A stretch of 64,000 nt of DNA from Bacillota bacterium (GCA_041797745.1 JBHBZU010000024.1:17407-81406); one strand, 5' to 3'. Counted from the first letter of the stretch, positions 9,443-20,172 are shown. Notes: generated from the sequence alone by a model not told the origin. Numbers and translations are program-made.

Positions 9443-10278
9443 AATATTATGTGATAGACGACAATTTAGGAACAGCTAAGGGGCTGAAAAGTATTATCGG
9501 CGCGCGAAAAGGAGCTGTGGTCTGCGGCTTTGCAACAGACCCAAGGGACGCACTTAAGGATATTGACGTCGACAGACCGGAAGTTGTTTTAGTTGACCTC
9601 TTAATGCAGGAAATGGATGGAATCACCCTTGTAAAAGAGGTTAAGAAAAAGCACCCCAATATTTATTTTGTCATGATTTCAAAGATACAGGACAAAGAGA
9701 TGGTGCAGCAAGCCTACGAAGCAGGGATAGAATATTTTATACACAAACCCATAAATATGGTTGAAGTGGATAAAATCCTTTCTCATGTGGAGGAAAAGGC
9801 CATGCTTACAGGAATTATGCAAAACATCCAAAGCCTAGTAACCCATACGGAACCTGTCAAAGAAGAAAATATGCCAAAGCGCAGCTATGCAGACGAAATA
9901 GACATTATTTTGGGCAGTTTGGGTATGCTTGGGGAAAAGGGAACTAAAGAGATAAGAGAAGTATATGAGCTTGTGGCAAGACGAGGCGGAGCCTACAACA
10001 AGGAAATGTTAAGCGAGGTGGCGCAGGCTGAGGGCAGTACCGTTAGAAATGTAGAACAGCGAGTAAGACGCGCCATTAAAAAAGGGATGACAAATGCCGC
10101 CCACGTAGGTCTTGATGATTTCGACAATGAAACCTTTGCGGTTTATGCAAATTATGTATTTGATTTCACCAATCTCAAGGAAGAAATGAATTTCATATTA
10201 GGAAAGAGCAGCTGCGGAGGACGGGTAAATATAACAAGATTTATGGAGGGACTTATAGTTTATTCCAAAAATAAGTAA
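9439..10278 (+). CDS. Response regulator with a YcbB/GlnL-type output domain
   Basis: REC domain (VLVDLLMQEMDG, GIEYFIHKPIN) followed by a non-OmpR, non-NarL C-terminal domain (ILGSLGMLGEKGTKEI ... VRNVEQRVRRAIKKG). This matches B. subtilis GlnL (YcbB). Confidence 0.65.
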   Translation: MKYYVIDDNLGTAKGLKSIIGARKGAVVCGFATDPRDALKDIDVDRPEVVLVDLLMQEMDGITLVKEVKKKHPNIYFVMISKIQDKEMVQQAYEAGIEYFIHKPINMVEVDKILSHVEEKAMLTGIMQNIQSLVTHTEPVKEENMPKRSYADEIDIILGSLGMLGEKGTKEIREVYELVARRGGAYNKEMLSEVAQAEGSTVRNVEQRVRRAIKKGMTNAAHVGLDDFDNETFAVYANYVFDFTNLKEEMNFILGKSSCGGRVNITRFMEGLIVYSKNK

Positions 10279-10402
10279 GAAAAAAATCTTTTTGCAATTT
10301 ATATATATTATAAAATTTGAATATTTCTGAATATTTTTGAGAGAAATATGTAAAATCTGACTAACAAATGAATCCCCATTTTCATAACGAAAGGAGAATA
10401 CT

Positions 10403-11905
10403 ATGTTAGACAATTTTGCATCATGGATTAACGGGTACTTATGGTCACCGTTCCTAGTGTATCTCGCAATTGCGGTTGGATTATTCTTATCCATCGGACT
10501 CAAATTTCCGCAGTTCAGATTAATCAAGGATATGGTTGGTCAACTCACAAAGGGGTCCGGAAGTGACACAGGAGTTTCATCATTTCAGGGCTTTTGCATG
10601 GCTTTAGGAGGTCGTGTCGGAACAGGAAATATCGCAGGTGTTGCCTCTGCCATCGGTACAGGCGGACCGGGAGCTGTTTTCTGGATGTGGATGATTGCCC
10701 TTTTCGGCGCAGGTTCAGCTTTTGCCGAGTCCTCTCTTGCACAGGTTTATAAGACCACTGCTATGGGCGAATATCGTGGAGGTCCTGCTTTCTACATTGA
10801 AAGAGGTCTTAGATGTAAGCCGCTCGCAATTGTTTTTGCTCTTGCAACCATTCTTGCTATGACTATCACAGGTCCTACAGTACAGGCAAATGCTATTTCA
10901 ACTGCATTTAAGGGAATTAACCTTAACATAAGCCCTGTAGTAATCGGTGTAATAGTTGCTTTATTATTCATCGCTGTTACAATTGGCGGAGTAAAGAGAA
11001 TCGGTTCCTTTGCAAGCCTTGTTGTTCCTATTATGGCTGGAGTATATTTGATTCTTGCAATAATTATTTTAATAGTAAATTTCCAGCAGATTATTCCAAT
11101 GTTTGTTTTAATCTTTAAGTGTGCTTTTAACGCAGAAGCTGCCTTTGGCGGTGTATTCGGTTCTTGTATTATGATGGGCGTTAAGAGAGGTATCTACTCC
11201 AACGAAGCAGGTTGGGGTTCAGGTGCTCATGCAGCTGCAACAGCTGAGGTTTCTCATCCGGCTAAGCAGGGACTTGCACAGGCTTTCTCAGTTTACATCG
11301 ACACACTTCTTGTTTGTACAGCAACAGCTATCATGTTACTTTCCACAGGCTGCTACAATGTATTAGATTCCAACGGAAATGCAATTTATGAGGGTCTTGC
11401 AGGAGTTGAAGCAGGTCCGGGATTTGTACAGGGAGCTATAAACAGCTTCATACCGGGATTTGGTGCTCCGTTTGTAACTATTGCAATGTTCTTCTTTGCA
11501 TTCACAACTTTACTTTCTTTCGCAGTTTATGCAGACTCAGCAATACAGTATATCGCTGAAAACACAAACGATAAAATTAAGAAATCTTGCTACTATATCG
11601 GATGTATGGTTATTGCCGTACTGGCACTGATGGCATCAATGAAAGACATGACAACTGCATGGAACTATGCTGACGTTGGCGTAGGCTTAATGTGCTGGCT
11701 CAACTTCCCTGTTCTTATTCTCATGGCGCCACAGACTTTCAGACTTCTTAAGGACTATGAAAAGCAAAAGAAGATGGGTTTAGACCCTGTATTTATCCCT
11801 GAAGAAGCAGGCTTCAAAAATTGCGACTTATGGGATGAAATCGTAAGAGAAAAGTATCAGGATCTTGTAGATGCAAAGCATCAGGCAGAGGGAAGGAGCG
11901 TATAA
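10403..11905 (+). CDS. Alanine/glycine:cation symporter (AGCS) family amino-acid transporter
   Basis: 500 aa and polytopic. AGCS-typical blocks: [35 protein letters not shown] is AAAGGAGAA. Confidence 0.85.
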   Translation: MLDNFASWINGYLWSPFLVYLAIAVGLFLSIGLKFPQFRLIKDMVGQLTKGSGSDTGVSSFQGFCMALGGRVGTGNIAGVASAIGTGGPGAVFWMWMIALFGAGSAFAESSLAQVYKTTAMGEYRGGPAFYIERGLRCKPLAIVFALATILAMTITGPTVQANAISTAFKGINLNISPVVIGVIVALLFIAVTIGGVKRIGSFASLVVPIMAGVYLILAIIILIVNFQQIIPMFVLIFKCAFNAEAAFGGVFGSCIMMGVKRGIYSNEAGWGSGAHAAATAEVSHPAKQGLAQAFSVYIDTLLVCTATAIMLLSTGCYNVLDSNGNAIYEGLAGVEAGPGFVQGAINSFIPGFGAPFVTIAMFFFAFTTLLSFAVYADSAIQYIAENTNDKIKKSCYYIGCMVIAVLALMASMKDMTTAWNYADVGVGLMCWLNFPVLILMAPQTFRLLKDYEKQKKMGLDPVFIPEEAGFKNCDLWDEIVREKYQDLVDAKHQAEGRSV

Positions 11906-11906
11906 A

Positions 11907-12905
11907 ATGGCAGTTAATCTGAAAGGAAGACATTTCTTAACATTAATGGATTTTACACCTGTTGAAATCAGATATTTGCTGGATTTATCCCATGATTTGA
12001 AAGCTAAGAAAAGAGCGGGAATCATAGGCGAAACTATGAAAGGAAAGAACGTAGTTCTTCTCTTTGAAAAGACATCAACAAGAACAAGATGTGCTTTTGA
12101 AGTTGCAGCTCTTGACGAGGGGGCACATGTAACTTTCCTTGATTCAAAATCTTCCCAGATGGGAAAGAAAGAAACCATAGCCGATACAGCTAAGGTTCTC
12201 GGAAGATTCTACGACGGTATCGAATACAGAGGCTTTAAGCAGTCTGTTGTAGAAGAACTTGCAACTAATGCAGGAGTTCCGGTATGGAACGGTCTTACAG
12301 ACGTAGACCATCCGACTCAGATTCTCGCGGATCTTCTTACCATTGAAGAACACGTGGCTAAGCCGTTAAACAAGGTTAAGGTAGTGTTCTGCGGAGACAT
12401 CAGAAATAATATGGCATATGCATGGATGTACGGCTGTGCTAAAATGGGTATGCATTTTGTAGCATACGGTCCTAAAACTTTAGCTGACGCCATAGATAAG
12501 GATGTGCTGAAAAAAGCAGGCGAAGTGGCAAAGGAAACAGGTGCTGTAATTGAGGTTTCCTCCGACAAGGAATGTCTTAAGGGTGCAGATGTTATCTACA
12601 CAGACATTTGGGCGTCCATGGGAGAAGAAGCACAGATTCCTGAAAGAGTTAAGCTGCTGACACCGTTTAAGGTAACAGGAGAAATGCTTAAGGACACAGG
12701 AAATCCTGATGTAATCTTTATGCACTGCCTCCCATCTTTCCATGATTTTGACACTACTATGGCGGCAGAACAAAATGAACTTGGATATGATATTCGCGAA
12801 GTAACGGATGAAGTATTCATGTCTAAACATTCTGTGGTTTTCGATGAAGCGGAAAACAGAATGCACACAATCAAAGCTGTTATGGTGGCAACCATAGGTA
12901 AGTAA
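11907..12905 (+). CDS. argF: Ornithine carbamoyltransferase
   Basis: The ATG at 11907 follows GGAAGGAG and gives [13 protein letters not shown]. Motifs STRTR, HPTQ and HCLP are present. The tracked 11871 start lies inside the upstream gene. Confidence 0.9.
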   Translation: MAVNLKGRHFLTLMDFTPVEIRYLLDLSHDLKAKKRAGIIGETMKGKNVVLLFEKTSTRTRCAFEVAALDEGAHVTFLDSKSSQMGKKETIADTAKVLGRFYDGIEYRGFKQSVVEELATNAGVPVWNGLTDVDHPTQILADLLTIEEHVAKPLNKVKVVFCGDIRNNMAYAWMYGCAKMGMHFVAYGPKTLADAIDKDVLKKAGEVAKETGAVIEVSSDKECLKGADVIYTDIWASMGEEAQIPERVKLLTPFKVTGEMLKDTGNPDVIFMHCLPSFHDFDTTMAAEQNELGYDIREVTDEVFMSKHSVVFDEAENRMHTIKAVMVATIGK

Positions 12906-12922
12906 AAAAGGGCAAATATAAT

Positions 12923-12961
12923 AAAAGGCGTTTGAATTGATTCAAGCGCCTTTTGTGTTTT
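12923..12961. terminator. Bidirectional rho-independent terminator between argF and yeiH
   Basis: AAAAGGCGTTTGAAT-TGA-TTCAAGCGCCTTTTGTGTTT. The GC-anchored stem is flanked by an A-run and a T-run, and it lies between convergent genes. Confidence 0.8.
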
Positions 12962-12990
12962 TGCTATATAAGCCTGTTTTTTATTTAATT

Positions 12991-14040
12991 TTACCAAAGC
13001 CCCATTACATACTGGAGTAAAAGGCTGACACCTGTGATACCTGACCAGCAAAGCGCACCAAGAAGAATAGGCTTACCGCCGGACTTTATCAGCTTAATCA
13101 TATTGCTGTTTAAGCCGATGGCAGCCATCGCCATGATGATACAGAACTTGGAAAGTTCTTTAAGGGGGGCAAAGAACGTTGCCGAAACACCTGAACCTAC
13201 GGCAATGGTAGTTATGATGGAGGCGATAATAAAGTAAAGAATGAACATAGGTAAAGATTTTTTTAGACTGAAACCCGAACCTCCCTCAGAGCTTTTGCCG
13301 GAGGTTCTCGCTTTTGAAAGCGCCAATACCAAAGTGATGGGGATAATAGCCAAAGTTCTGGTGAGCTTCACCGTCACAGCCTTGTCGAGAGTCTGTGTTC
13401 CCAGATTCCACATACTGTCCCAAGTGGAAGCGGCTGCGGTAACGGAAGAAGTATCGTTTACAGCAGTTCCTGCGAAAATACCAAAGGCTTCACCGCTTAA
13501 AGTGTCAAAGCCTATCAGATTTCCCAGCATTGGAAATAAAATCGCAGCCAGAACATTGAAGAAGAAAATAACGGAAATGGCTTGAGCTACTTCCTCATCG
13601 TCTGCGTCTATTACGGGAGCGGTTGCGGCAATGGCTGACCCTCCACAGATTGAGGAACCCACACCCACCAGGGTGGAAATGCTTTTAGGAATTTTCAATG
13701 CACGGTGGAATACATAAGCGATGATTAAAGAAGTGGAGATGGTGCAAAGAATTATAGGCAGAGATTGTTTGCCGGTTTGCAGAATAACCCCAAGGTTCAG
13801 CCCAAAACCAAGAAGCACTACGGCAATCTGAAGAATATATTTAGAGGTAAACTTTATACCCTTGCCGGCAGAACCCTTATTCTGCCAAAATAACGCAATA
13901 ACCATGCCTGCAAGAATAGCAATAACAGGTCCGCCTATTATGGAGAATTTCTTTCCAAGCAGCCATGACGGAACTGCAATAAGAAAGCAAACCAACATTC
14001 CCAACCAGTTGCTTTTAATAAAATCAGTAATTTTTTTCAT
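12991..14040 (-). CDS. yeiH: YeiH/UPF0324 family membrane protein (putative sulfate exporter family)
   Basis: 349 aa with about 10 TM helices. The N-terminus and the glycine-rich helices are typical of the family. Confidence 0.7.
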   Translation of the reverse strand: MKKITDFIKSNWLGMLVCFLIAVPSWLLGKKFSIIGGPVIAILAGMVIALFWQNKGSAGKGIKFTSKYILQIAVVLLGFGLNLGVILQTGKQSLPIILCTISTSLIIAYVFHRALKIPKSISTLVGVGSSICGGSAIAATAPVIDADDEEVAQAISVIFFFNVLAAILFPMLGNLIGFDTLSGEAFGIFAGTAVNDTSSVTAAASTWDSMWNLGTQTLDKAVTVKLTRTLAIIPITLVLALSKARTSGKSSEGGSGFSLKKSLPMFILYFIIASIITTIAVGSGVSATFFAPLKELSKFCIIMAMAAIGLNSNMIKLIKSGGKPILLGALCWSGITGVSLLLQYVMGLW

Positions 14041-14350
14041 TTTCTATGATACCCCCACATTAGATTTATTTTATCCGAAATAAAAATACATATTAAAACA
14101 CGTACCCTATAATTATAAACCTATTTATGAAAAAGTGAAGTCTATTTTCTGCAAAGAGCAAAGAGTAAAGAAGAAAATGTGTAGTAACTATTTGGATAAT
14201 GTTCAGCTATTACACAGCTGTTATTCAGTTACGGAAGCATCTATATATTGCAGTTCTGTTGTAACGTTTAATTGGAATTTAGAAAGAATTAATCAATTAA
14301 TTATAAATCTTCATTTAGCTAAATAAAGATTTTATCTGATTTATTTTTCT

Positions 14351-14785
14351 TCAGTCCTTAAAATTTTCCAATACTTTGTAAAGCAACTCATACATAACCT
14401 TGACATCATCTTTTTTAATAGGAATACAGTTTCCAAGTTTGATAGGAACATCTGCGATTTGCGATTGAAGCGCTTTTCCTGTCGCGGTTAGATTGACTGT
14501 AACCTTACGTTCATCCTCTGAATCTCTATCTCTGCTGATATATTCTTTAGCTTCCAACTTTTTCAGAAGAGGTGTCAATGTGCCTGAATCCAGCAAAAGC
14601 TTTTCCCCCAATTCGTTTACAGAAGAAGAACCTTTTTCCCATAAAACCATCATGGTTATATATTGTGTATAGGTGAGACCGTAAGGCTCTAAAAGTGGCT
14701 TGTATCTGCGTATAATTTCTTTAGAAACCGCATACAGAGGGAAGCAAAGTTGATTTTCCAATTTTAACTGAGGGTAGTCAGACAT
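14351..14785 (-). CDS. ohrR: MarR-family peroxide-sensing repressor, OhrR type
   Basis: 144 aa. It has the conserved N-terminal sensing Cys in LENQLCFPLY and the wHTH block LGEKLLLDSGTLTPLLKKLE. It lies downstream of a peroxidase gene. Confidence 0.8.
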   Translation of the reverse strand: MSDYPQLKLENQLCFPLYAVSKEIIRRYKPLLEPYGLTYTQYITMMVLWEKGSSSVNELGEKLLLDSGTLTPLLKKLEAKEYISRDRDSEDERKVTVNLTATGKALQSQIADVPIKLGNCIPIKKDDVKVMYELLYKVLENFKD

Positions 14786-14883
14786 ATTATATTACCTTTC
14801 ACATTACGTTTTAGTTATTCCTATAGATAATCAATTTCAATATTTTTCGCTAATGGACAAGAAATTAAAACTTATGCACTGAT

Positions 14884-15426
14884 TTATAGTAAAGTTTCAA
14901 CGAAAACTCGCACTGATTTCATATCCGCAGTGGGCTCAAAGCGTTTTACGACATTACCCTCTCTGTCCACTACAAATTTAGTGAAATTCCACTTTATGTC
15001 AGGGTTATTCTTGTAATTAGGGTCGACGGTTTTCAAAAGAGCTGACATTGCAAGTGCTTTAGCTCCTTTTCCAAAACCCTCGAAACCTGCTTGAGATTTG
15101 AGGTAAGTATATAGGGGCAGTTCATTTTCGCCGTTAACATCAGATTTTTTCATCTGAGGAAATTGCGTTCCGTAATTTAACTTACAGAACTGATGTATTT
15201 CCTCGTCAGAACCCGGCGCTTGTTCTTTAAATTGGTTGCAAGGCACATCTATGATTTCAAGCCCCTTTTCATGTAGTTCCTCGTACATATCTTCAAGCGG
15301 TTTATAATGGGGTGTGAAGCCACAGCCTGTTGCAGTGTTTACTATAAGCAAAACTTTCCCCTCGTAATCATGCATGGATACTTCATTCCCGAAAATATCC
15401 TTTAATTTGTAATCATAAATTTTCAT
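14884..15426 (-). CDS. gpx: Glutathione peroxidase
   Basis: LIVNTATGCGFTP active-site block (Cys, not Sec) and WNFTKF. The ATG at 15426 (MKIYDYKL) is preferred over the tracked 15453. Confidence 0.85.
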   Translation of the reverse strand: MKIYDYKLKDIFGNEVSMHDYEGKVLLIVNTATGCGFTPHYKPLEDMYEELHEKGLEIIDVPCNQFKEQAPGSDEEIHQFCKLNYGTQFPQMKKSDVNGENELPLYTYLKSQAGFEGFGKGAKALAMSALLKTVDPNYKNNPDIKWNFTKFVVDREGNVVKRFEPTADMKSVRVFVETLL

Positions 15427-15563
15427 CTTGTATCTCACTTTCTTAATAGACACGTTTGTCTAAAAATGGTTTGTTAGCCCATGTATAAGCTCGTCTAAAT
15501 CGCTTCCCATGGAATACAGTTTTCTAATGTCTAAACTTTTAGAAATTCAGCAATTAGATTGCG

Positions 15564-15600
15564 TACAATTAAATTATACACAATCTAAATTCTCTGTCAA
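15564..15600 (-). promoter_or_regulatory. Consensus sigma-A promoter of gpx-ohrR with an overlapping OhrR-type operator
   Basis: On the minus strand: TTGACA (15600-15595), 16 nt, TATAAT (15578-15573). The sequence TACAATTAAATTATA (15564-15578, + strand) differs at one position from the B. subtilis OhrR half-operator TACAATT-AATTGTA and overlaps the -10. Confidence 0.65.
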
Positions 15601-15740
15601 CAGGTATTATTTATTTTTTACTTTTTAGAAAACTCTTACTGTGATATAATGATATAAAATATAATCTAAAAGGGACATAGCTTGAACATATTGGGAATGG
15701 GAAACAGTTTTATTATGAATTATGAATAGGGAGAAGACGA

Positions 15741-17468
15741 ATGAAAAGAGCTCTTATCAGTTGCTTGGCAGCTACACTTGTGCTTACAAGCGGATTATTC
15801 TCATTTGTGGCAGCAGACACTGCCACAGGTCTTGCAGACGTGCAGACCTCAGTGGAAAATTATGATGTAAAACTGGACGTTAAGACTCCTACAGGTATCT
15901 TGGTAGACGGCGGTTATTTGTACGTGGTGGATCAGGCATCCAACAGAGTGGTTCGTGCCGCCTTAGACGCAAATGCGGCAGTGGGAACGGCAGGCTACAC
16001 TTTAAACGCGGCACAGCACCAAGCTGCCAGTGCTTCAGACAATGTGAGAGGCTATAACTGGGAGCTGGTTGCAGGAAAAACCTTGCCAAGAGACCGATAC
16101 AGTCAGGCGGCAGGCGGATATTTGGACGGTATCAGCAAGTACGCCCTCTTTAACAGCCCAAACAGCATTGTCAAGTACGGAAAGGGCTACGCAGTCAGCG
16201 ATACGGGTAATAATGTAATAAGATACATTATAGCAGGTCAAACCAGAACCCTTTCAGGTTCAGGCGAGGCAGGTTTTTCCGACGGCAGAGCCGCAGGGGC
16301 GTCCTTTAATGCGCCAACGGGTCTGGCAGTGGATCCTGAGGGTAACCTTTACATTGCCGACACAGGCAACAACGCCATCAGGTGTATGGACACTAACGGA
16401 AATGTAACTACCCTCATTACAGGGCTGGCGGGGCCGAGAGGTTTGGTTTTCGCCGGTGGCACGCTGTACATTACAGACACAGGACGTCAGCGTATCTTAA
16501 AATATAACGAAAAGAAAGAACTGTGGATGAGGGCGGGTGACCGTACCTCTGAAAAGGACTATATTGACGCCAACCGCATGACAGAGGGCGGAAATATCAA
16601 CGGCAATATCAGAAGCGCCCGTTTCGACAATCCTATCGGTATTACAGCAGGTGAAGACGGTGCGACTCTCTATGTCGGCGATACAGGGAACAATTCTATC
16701 AGAAAGATTTCGGGGGAGGAAGTAAGCACGATTGCTCAAGCCAACTCCGTCACCCTTGAACGCTTTCCGGGAGACGCAATGGCGTTGTGTTACTGGGGCG
16801 GTCAGCTCTTTGTGGCAGACGCGGCGGCAGGCATTACCGCCATGGAAGTCAATGACAAAACAGAGGGCATTTCCGCAAGCAAGACCTTTGGGGATGTACC
16901 TGCAACAGCATGGTATAGCGATGCAGTAACTTATGCATATAACCATGGGCTGTTTAACGGTACAAGCCCTAACTCATTCTCTCCTCAGGGAAAGATGACT
17001 CGCGGTATGTTCGTTACAGTAATCAGTCGCCTTTATGGAGAAACTTATCCGGGCGACGTTATGGGGGGCAGCAGCACTTTTGCAGATGTGGCTGAAAATC
17101 AATACTTTGCGGGACCTGCGGCTTGGGCTGCGGAACGCAAGATTATCGGCGGTATCGGCGGTGGACTGTTTGCTCCAAATGAAAATGTAACTCGCCAACA
17201 GATGTCCGTCATTATGTACAACTACGCAAAAAATCTCAACATGGACATTACTCTTACCGACACGGCCATTGCAAAGTTCAATGCTATGCCGGATGCAGAC
17301 AAAACAGAAAACTGGGCAAAGGAAGCTATGATTTGGGCAATGGGTCACGATATCCTCAAGGGTAAAGATGGCAATTTGGCACCTGAAGCTGCGGCAACTC
17401 GCGCCGAAGTAGCTCAAATTGTTAAGAACTTTGCATCAGCCAAGTTGGAAAAGGTAGAAGAGAAGTAA
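15741..17468 (+). CDS. Secreted NHL-repeat protein with three C-terminal SLH (S-layer homology) domains
   Basis: Signal peptide. Repeated NHL-type blocks (FNAPTGLAVDPEGNLYIADTGNNAIR, LYITDTGRQRILKY, LYVGDTGNNSIRKI). C-terminal SLH modules (FGDVPATAWYSDAVTYAYNHGLFNGT..., FADVAENQYFAGPAAWAAERKI...). Confidence 0.8.
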   Translation: MKRALISCLAATLVLTSGLFSFVAADTATGLADVQTSVENYDVKLDVKTPTGILVDGGYLYVVDQASNRVVRAALDANAAVGTAGYTLNAAQHQAASASDNVRGYNWELVAGKTLPRDRYSQAAGGYLDGISKYALFNSPNSIVKYGKGYAVSDTGNNVIRYIIAGQTRTLSGSGEAGFSDGRAAGASFNAPTGLAVDPEGNLYIADTGNNAIRCMDTNGNVTTLITGLAGPRGLVFAGGTLYITDTGRQRILKYNEKKELWMRAGDRTSEKDYIDANRMTEGGNINGNIRSARFDNPIGITAGEDGATLYVGDTGNNSIRKISGEEVSTIAQANSVTLERFPGDAMALCYWGGQLFVADAAAGITAMEVNDKTEGISASKTFGDVPATAWYSDAVTYAYNHGLFNGTSPNSFSPQGKMTRGMFVTVISRLYGETYPGDVMGGSSTFADVAENQYFAGPAAWAAERKIIGGIGGGLFAPNENVTRQQMSVIMYNYAKNLNMDITLTDTAIAKFNAMPDADKTENWAKEAMIWAMGHDILKGKDGNLAPEAAATRAEVAQIVKNFASAKLEKVEEK

Positions 17469-17482
17469 TATAGGAGAATATC

Positions 17483-20041
17483 ATGAAAAAGGCAATTAGT
17501 TGTATTTTGATATTGGCAATGGTAATTACCATGGGAAGCGCCGGAGCGTTTGCAGAGAGCAAAACCGTTACAGCTACCCAAATGAAGATAGCGGAAGTCA
17601 GCGGTAACGTAAGCGTTACAAACAACAAGGGAAAGAGCATTGAAGCCAAAAAGGATTCTCGTGTGCTTTCAGGCTATACCATTCAAACTGACAACGGAGC
17701 ATACTGCTATCTCAGCTTGGATGATTCCAAGGCTGTAAAATTAGACCAAAACACTAAGGTTGGAATTGAAAAGTCCGGCAAGAAGATTGAACTCAATGTT
17801 AAATCAGGACAGATATATTTCGATGTAAGTCAAAAACTTAACGGAGATGAAACTATGAATATCCGCACCTCCAATATGACTACGGGAGTCCGTGGAACTA
17901 AGGGTGTGGTAAGAGTTTTCAATATCGACGGCAAAAATGAAACAGGTCAGACAGTAACAGCGCAGCAAACCGAAATTACTTTGCTGGAGGGCAGACTCTT
18001 TGTTAATACCATAGATAGAAAATTCTATCTTGAACTGGGTCAACGTGCAGAATTTAACGGCTTAAATTCATCTTCTTCAATCGGGCAGGCGGTGATAAAT
18101 GAGTTTATACTCCGTGCAGCTTTAGAAATGGAAACCATCCTAAAGGGTAAGACTGCTTCAACAGCTATGAGTGCGAATATTCAGCAGCTTTATTCGGAAA
18201 TTCAAGTGGCAGAGCTTCCGGAAGTTTTGTCACGTGATTCGGCGGCTTTAGCAGGCATGGTTGCGAAATATGACGATAATATTAAGGCTATCGGGCTTCT
18301 TACAGAGCAAAATCAACAGCAACATTTAGCTCAAGTAAATCAAATGAAAGAGAAAAATGATGTGAAAATGAAAGAAGCTCTGAAAGCGGCAGAAACAGCT
18401 ACAGACGGTGCTTTTGAGAAAATAGATCAGGTATTTCGTGATGAATTTGGAGGTCAAGGAAAGGCACTTGACGCTACGGACGCAGTCTTTGAAGATAAGG
18501 GTCAGAGCAATGCAACTTCCGGAGGTGGCGGAGGTGGTGGCAGCAGCAGACCGCAAAATCCGCTTACTGCCATTAAAGGAAAGACAGTAGTGTTTGATGA
18601 TTCAGAACAATATGTGCTGGAAACTGTAATTTTACCGTCGGCTCACTACAATTATTACTATTTTGAAAATACTTCTGTAGGAGTTAGTAAGTATAATGCG
18701 ATTTGGGCATTGATTACGAAATACCGCGGAGAAAATAAGGACGGAAACGAAATTACTTATGAATTGAATGCTGATTATGGGGCTTATCAACAACCTCCGA
18801 AGAAAAAAGATGCAGGAACCTATACTTACTATTGCGTAGCTCTTGATGAAATGGGAACTGCCGACCAGAGAGGTGCAGCTACAGGAAGGATTGAAAAGTA
18901 TAAGGTAAATGTTTCATGGGAAGATATTAATGGCACTACGGCTAAAAACAATGCCACATATTCAACACATGGTGGAACATATGATAATCAGGCTCCAATT
19001 ATAGTGCGTTTATCGGCAGGAGATAATGGTGCTGCTACGTTTGCAACAATGGCTGATGCGATTGCTAATAACGGTGGCGCGGTGTTTGAAATAACCACAA
19101 CTCCTGATTTGGCAAGTTTGACTGCCGGCGGAGTTACCGCAGGTGTGGAGCAGACCGTTTCAGCGAGGGTAGCTATATCTTCTGCATATCCGAATCTGGC
19201 ACCAAATGTTACTATCAATCAACCGTCAGCATATAAATTCAAATATACGCCTGATGTAATATACGCAAATGTAACTTATGAAGTGGCAGGAGGTAATATT
19301 ACCGCTACTTATACCGACGCAGCAGGTGGGAATGATACACAAAATACATTTGTTTATAGTGTAAATGCAATAGTCGACGATTTAGCGGTAGCCAGTGTAA
19401 CCAAGGGGGCTATCAACAATGTAATCATTGATGGTTCAGGCGTAGTAGCAGCAACGAATATTGAGAACCTGAAGTTGCCGGATGGAAAGAATGTTACATT
19501 GAGCGGGAATTTTACAGCGTCAGGAGGCATATTCTCAAATCTTTCAGCACCAACTCAAATTAATCTTGGAAGCGCTTCTTCACAATTAACTCTTGTGTTT
19601 GACGGTGATATGGTTATCGGTGCAAATGCTAAAATAACCGCTTACGGTGGAACCACAATCGCAGTTACCGGTGAAACCACCATAAATAGTAGATTTGAAA
19701 ACAATGGTGACAAATTGGAGGTTACAGACAGTATAAAAGTAGCCGACAGCGGAAGTTATGTCGGTACAAGCCCTATATTCATGAAGCACTCTACTTCGGG
19801 AACTGCCATTTTTACAGATTCTTCAGGTAAGGCGAAAGTTATTACAGGAACGGGAACTTTATATAAGAAATGGGATACAGGCATAGCAGCAGTACCACCG
19901 GCACTTCCATCAGAAGATGAGGCAAAAGCTTATTATAGTTCATTCTGTGGATATGACAAAGAACATTTTGATAAAGCTTCGGCAGATTGGACAACCGATG
20001 TTGGTGGCGAAACATATGTAATGTTTAAGTTGATTAATTAG
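17483..20041 (+). CDS. Large secreted protein with an N-terminal FecR-like domain
   Basis: 852 aa with a signal peptide (AFAES). FecR-type beta-sandwich region (VSGNVSVTNNKGKSIEAKKDSRVLSGYTIQTDNGAYCYLSLDDSKAVKLDQNTKV). Then a coiled region, a Gly run (SGGGGGGSS) and a long Thr/Ala/Gly-rich C-terminal region with no match I recognise. Confidence 0.65.
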   Translation: MKKAISCILILAMVITMGSAGAFAESKTVTATQMKIAEVSGNVSVTNNKGKSIEAKKDSRVLSGYTIQTDNGAYCYLSLDDSKAVKLDQNTKVGIEKSGKKIELNVKSGQIYFDVSQKLNGDETMNIRTSNMTTGVRGTKGVVRVFNIDGKNETGQTVTAQQTEITLLEGRLFVNTIDRKFYLELGQRAEFNGLNSSSSIGQAVINEFILRAALEMETILKGKTASTAMSANIQQLYSEIQVAELPEVLSRDSAALAGMVAKYDDNIKAIGLLTEQNQQQHLAQVNQMKEKNDVKMKEALKAAETATDGAFEKIDQVFRDEFGGQGKALDATDAVFEDKGQSNATSGGGGGGGSSRPQNPLTAIKGKTVVFDDSEQYVLETVILPSAHYNYYYFENTSVGVSKYNAIWALITKYRGENKDGNEITYELNADYGAYQQPPKKKDAGTYTYYCVALDEMGTADQRGAATGRIEKYKVNVSWEDINGTTAKNNATYSTHGGTYDNQAPIIVRLSAGDNGAATFATMADAIANNGGAVFEITTTPDLASLTAGGVTAGVEQTVSARVAISSAYPNLAPNVTINQPSAYKFKYTPDVIYANVTYEVAGGNITATYTDAAGGNDTQNTFVYSVNAIVDDLAVASVTKGAINNVIIDGSGVVAATNIENLKLPDGKNVTLSGNFTASGGIFSNLSAPTQINLGSASSQLTLVFDGDMVIGANAKITAYGGTTIAVTGETTINSRFENNGDKLEVTDSIKVADSGSYVGTSPIFMKHSTSGTAIFTDSSGKAKVITGTGTLYKKWDTGIAAVPPALPSEDEAKAYYSSFCGYDKEHFDKASADWTTDVGGETYVMFKLIN

Positions 20042-20140
20042 TTATAAAGCAAATTCAACTACAAATGTCAATCAACAAGGGTTGTTAAAATTACCTATTC
20101 AACAAAGTTCTTTATATAGGTGTTTTATAAGCTTATTTTT

Positions 20141-20172
20141 AGGAGGGCGGTTCCACCGCCCTCCTAGTTTTG
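20141..20172 (+). terminator. Rho-independent terminator
   Basis: AGGAGGGCGGT-TCC-ACCGCCCTCCT is a perfect 11-bp stem, followed by AGTTTTGCGGTTTGAATTTTTTTT. Confidence 0.85.

Noticed and set aside
14135-14326. 63-aa + strand ORF in the yeiH-ohrR spacer.
   Set aside because: It has a GTG start without an RBS and AT-rich, low-complexity codon content. I recognise no similarity to anything. It lies in a region better explained as the yeiH promoter and the ohrR downstream region.
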